From: Monocercomonoides exilis PA203 | Lineage: Eukaryota > Protista > Preaxostyla | Length of the DNA stretch: 64,000 nucleotides | Reading direction: 5' to 3' | Assembly (NCBI GenBank): GCA_001643675.2 | Contig: LSRY02000010.1 | Span: 186,001 to 250,000, forward strand | Shown here: piece after piece, positions 63,701-64,000 of the stretch | Numbering within the stretch: the first letter of the stretch is position 1 | How the letters are laid out: the number at the start of each line of letters is the position of its first letter | Translations under genes and position numbers: made by a program | The notes under the pieces: generated by a model | What the model was told of the DNA's origin: nothing | The model's input: the letters and a program-made list of their open reading frames with translations, nothing else | The model's database searches: none

Positions 63701-64000
63701 TTCTGGGTGGCGAATGGAGCACTTCACTCATTTGACGAAATGGAAAACAAACTTCAATCGTTGGCTAATCTGAGTCCTCACATTGTTTTGTTCTCAGAAC
63801 ACATGGTTATCTGCATTGCCATGCACTCTGAATGTTCTTCTTCAGATTCAGATTCATCTTCGATTTCATCATCCACGATTGTGACATCTTCGTCTGATGG
63901 CTCAAGAAGGAGCAAGAGATACACACGCTCTCCCCCACCTTCATCAGCGTTTGAGGATGATGAAGACAACAGAAATGAGTGTTTGCGATGGAAGGCGCCG
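51779..64000 (+). CDS. Giant single-pass membrane protein (at least 4074 aa, 3'-truncated by the window): repeated beta-helix-like ectodomain, TM helix, degenerate kinase-like tail
   Basis: Frame +2 was read open from ATG 51779 and at spot checks through to 64000 (..ECLRWKAP). None of the + strand ORFs listed for 52-64 kb lies in this frame, consistent with one stop-less ORF. GGAL/GGGVY and FxxN/FxxC repeats. TM WALIIAVIFVILFLLVLVVSIILAV at 63044-63118. True start codon uncertain. Confidence 0.9.
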   Translation, partial: MVLQDFSKKKIIFVYFLSKASIRNKSCSTSFSQNISCMSELHVHKSVRFTWKFLLAAFLIKSNEIISVPAAQITTDDDFVQDVNRREQPENYGACSRVWRQKKIHENIRHTSLFMFSTLANSSLHFSTMQFFTTSLNGNILDMHGSECLLHSCCCVLARDLQQSLFAMNDGDCIRLVNFSLLSAFDCQLRSLVLNPPRSLSNSANCELSVCSCAFASFGVVDPPFLAPSICSHVLISHCALANITRSTRGCDCRTMKAQISQDMLSCSFEGVEDVFYDGIVSSINSPQTASLHSLNNTFNRNMRKSNLNEQFIGTGINRSISCSFMNDTFTNCISEIEGDEIANGGAAISIRGDSSELNVESCSFINSTAKYFATILARNLKSMSVNNSSIINGTAKPNHVGGIMCYDPFSEGVSTSHCVFMNNNASRIAALYYYRQNASTLNTLSVIDCDFENNIARDAYAGAFGTRDGLTGIFRMSECKFVNNKAKYGGALYFEAYSPPADNPKPKFMLFCYFHNNVASDKQGHDLYFVPLVLTETPFEQSSSTNRQNRVFYNNSATGYDFWLAYPVRYVHASNGSDGAGCGEEEEEGERCETIHYALQELKNPYGGDIVLLPSAFSPNEALVLSGMVVNMCGKGSEKPGIAVPERVGGPFVDISGGLVNVSSVAITKSTNEQMSLVRVGDSGLLVFSKAEIACNCAPQTEYVESVFVVEDGVLVLELSTISLFVLKGKPLVEWAASGHVRVADSVFRYISRVEGDGSVFEKRLGRQEVVELGNVSFERCMCGKGNGGAVAVWLGEESGVAIGNNSCVRFDGCSVGAEGEQKGKGGGVYVKAVEGGEQAGQAGQSGWFVFGREVVFSGCEGWRGKNVFVDVKNLNWSVSVSSMQFEVKFEAENHKELMGFEGGDESYAIPLCLYLQEFGDPGFVGGANSRDFSGCGYRGYGCSTLAHIAQLRFGGLNKNIVLEEGFVWEEKVEMEREEWTVGCEQEHTLIEMGQITSCGAGGDGVIVSAKRNTLSNIVFRMGSGVGVGVASVVVCRGSMLTMAGCGVQKQQEDTVFGCVFVRVEKGTVNVSSFAVSGIRFVSGCLVGVEGEHSKCVMDGLTCTNTTTGGAGGVIGVSLCGSLTLQNSNISDGSQAQSPFVKAGALSTMQVMNCSFVSMQRSSGNGSCVDVECGDGECVEGENGRMVVMENTWFEGCSVGGACEGGGALALSMGKCTQLRVTGCTFVGCAAPTGSMHGLGGGMLVRFAGEAAPFVVSDPVFSADNPNEASFGHDLFIEAPRLRSVATAQTLPFAVESALSAVHAFEGYDGSDKAHAIPLIFFVREMGNTAHADSAAGVDVDACGFAAYPCHTLSQAVRRLSGWPKRVEVAGPFAMEEALGLSDPADLQIGGAAPGAECTVIGKESGGEGLVVLSGELPSSTAAFSSLCFVLPLSIKQHRSLFCQASQGTLAVSSASFIPHQSAASHTFTLFTALSGRVVVEDVVWQGIRLIDTQCANMSGTSVLVMRNVSFVETWTSSPKGLVWVWSAGATASMEDARFELASQEHPCQAVHSDQALSLEIANASFINQSRNTGHGSCVECTVKSEQTLAIQGCSFEMCSATDGNGGGVCVAMEAGGTAKITSSEGTATASTAAPSTFTKCTSHRGGAGSGGFGGGLFGVLQEGAVDFVVGGVVFSGCTADSGNNLFLQAKQLASVANNRTLGFVFDIAEGVADLNDLCGCSTDTAGTQAPIPLVVFFRAPPAERCVADGGADNAVCGYSDYPCETIGQAASPLVAQQSVAIKILSPFTLKDEVHLEVCPTVISAGEVGGTMGVVNGGRGERAGLIETSCEVTFVSVCFAHPAVLTNRKALIVCNGGVLGLSSCQSVLQATAGLKCGFAIVRVVKGSLSMSSFEIRGTPFGVVGPFVFEGAAQEIEKVAIHNLTLEDVATESESGVLSVSRVGVWKLGNSTISNSAQQYCPVVAMSEVGSSEVSNVTFENLNRHTGFGGVVSCAIGASQTARFERCTFVSCEIMSASMKGGSVFASVEQTGTFVFDTNKVSSSGVDGGSGLGGGLYVSMLGRTSAISMKSNTFVANRAWKGRHLYLECPSPRNTIRPLDFEDSFDAEMEDDELWVHDGSSGAVVDETLKRYLFSSSEEIVVVDRASGSDTPTCGSDLFPCESVSEGYLRMGTKQTTILVVSSAALATEIRRDSQALTIAGRNTTSLLVLGAGGHLVVSPSEALVTLTIHKLVLSMPAELSHTEAVLVGEGALLMRQCEFRAADEEQSHTGTGVWALCIRGGKAQLDAVGVRGMCFAASGGFVWMCGGSAHLTRISVESVSAGGAGLVVGEGSGALELKGSSFEDCVLDGGSTLSIGRGVDAELSGSCSWSRCRSSAGNGAALRCSLAGSQKLNVSDCSFQECVLDGNINGKGNGSGSGSGNSEGKGKGKGGGIFLGIDQSSTNSFKLSHLAFGGNEAAFGNNLFLKCADLNTTATPARMVDFICSGDSPHDLEGTDEHLFSGGVHDLRLFLQQRQASSSCISPNGFDILGCGSEGYPCASLWRGMLNINPGSADKTLSIKASALIQNEFDLTSSTVASSSSTEKATITFASAILDSTRSCVVLSTGRLSFNRLDFSVAGGAFLRHSELISSSTPQGQLLFGNCSFAPAGTSQIEGTLVRAEGGSVQMEGCVFGAFAPSSSLLCISGSLEMNTTAFQGSRALGCDAGGLIGVSLGSGCHLSAAGCEFSHGECNKKTGRGGALYVKSTEADAAGQPFLLEAVTFASNDAAKGRNIFVDCFDINASVTPATFHFPYEPFVDDPNALVGSDQTFVDADLFRFLVPYTSSEIHLLDAGFDIARCGSPNDPCRSFVTGFEHIDASAAHKTISIGCSTAISRPADMSNFTCQSLPSEEAAQSVLLFQEDSQGSNPFLLNSWSLSLSGICLQAVNGFSNEVSAIILSKQGSLALDKCAFEPHTSVAELGAYSFAVVEAGSLTCTQFESTNAHLVCSMFLLHAGSAGTFDAIHISSCSLSNCSLVEAASSTNRSPNSPSSISIFRSTLVDIVQTANKSCVVWSRGEGGAEVVVNETDVEGCRSSSTEKGGAVHYLLSSGGRLACVNSTLMQCSCSTGTGMGGGVYLETSMDRELGFLLQKMEFDSNAARHGRDIFVVCRNISGQINETQFRFDLREGVYNRINAICGLDDLSEGVVDLISFITTYQAAVVFVSSAGGEAGGGNNSRQCGSARQPCATIGYGLGHVVIEYGSAVVVEGVGLLECEADFENISLTSKTSKMAVVSFSEPIVQTRDALVEAAGRVKVEGIQLAPGRDLSLSHSFVFSAANAEFQMISSAIRPAEESSPSLPSLPSLPTLVMCSSGECTIEKCVVRSVAFRSFFVGVDCVLSVNRLSLSSVELGQRCFDLSQGTKGVVLHEVSFEGIRAESTLVVVEKMSGKVLADNEGSDEMSLSLIQFSNISVQSDVPAAVSLISLENPVVMQNCSFVGCQSHAERGSAGSILRCSAARVCTCMFDGSTSGSSSSLSSSGAAGGAEELCSWNGSVVDAEQSEVAMADTTIANSAEGGLSVSGGCVSAEAANFTGNAPSIPNYQSARRNVLCKANGKLVLVSVKGGDGMLPDSSLWIANEGCELGGLASDRASPLFIPQLTNVTMAQTGTATQLVFWGVLLLPCNLLFKVVTALGDEEAVEKYEFPESGFVSETEAHGVIPSSILEGSPDEAEVTVSILFGPIRSASTSSVVLKNRSKSQTSGDGIVVEGGKEGKSWALIIAVIFVILFLLVLVVSIILAVRWKKQKRRTEELEIIVEDNIRKDPKAFEMVTMEMSPEAQWRRAEREAEKKNEERIKKRVYEKSLGHSESSEHLLSESGSTEYILGKDSDKIPDWALEKEEEEEIRKRTPSPSISSTSTTDTSDTDTTFVRTESLCPTTSSMSNLVDAMACSSPHEKLIVDLRDSLFMLLHGRNEKKEMAIGTLQEREVTAAQILFWVANGALHSFDEMENKLQSLANLSPHIVLFSEHMVICIAMHSECSSSDSDSSSISSSTIVTSSSDGSRRSKRYTRSPPPSSAFEDDEDNRNECLRWKAP

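Noticed and set aside
52060-63969. Dozens of 60-530 aa ORFs on both strands (e.g. 57517..59118 -, 54631..55767 -, 55771..56706 -)
   Set aside because: Shadow frames of the GC-rich giant + strand ORF. They have no independent motifs.

Overview
AT-rich, intron-containing eukaryotic DNA in the standard genetic code. Short introns with GTTTG/GTAT donors, the HHQEHxNLTxLAYQSAW gene family and the giant Cys/Gly-rich membrane protein point to an oxymonad such as Monocercomonoides (inference from recognition, not a search). Positions 1-16,000 are transposon-rich: three decayed Merlin/IS1595-type transposase copies; a structurally complete but inactivated DIRS1-type tyrosine-recombinase retrotransposon (about 1406-5770) with inverted terminal repeats and an internal complementary region; a tail-to-tail pair of lineage-specific paralogues; and a 3.6-kb element with terminal inverted repeats (TIRs), a 12-bp flanking duplication and gene-like cargo. 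Positions 16,500-44,400 hold host genes: a large coiled-coil protein, a 3-beta-HSD/NSDHL-like SDR, a P4-ATPase flippase greatly enlarged by low-complexity inserts, a USP7-like deubiquitinase, a helical-repeat-like protein and a Rho/Rac GTPase. Positions 44,905-48,980 are a nest of an apparently intact, intron-containing pogo/Fot-like DD35D transposon and two near-perfect palindromic MITEs, one inside the other. OST48/WBP1 follows. The largest gene is missing from the supplied ORF track because it has no stop inside the window: an uninterrupted + strand frame from 51779 to beyond 64000 (at least 4074 codons). It encodes eight Cys-capped beta-helix-like extracellular modules, one transmembrane helix and a degenerate kinase-like C-lobe, i.e. 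a candidate giant receptor pseudokinase. Exon boundaries were read by eye and are approximate.
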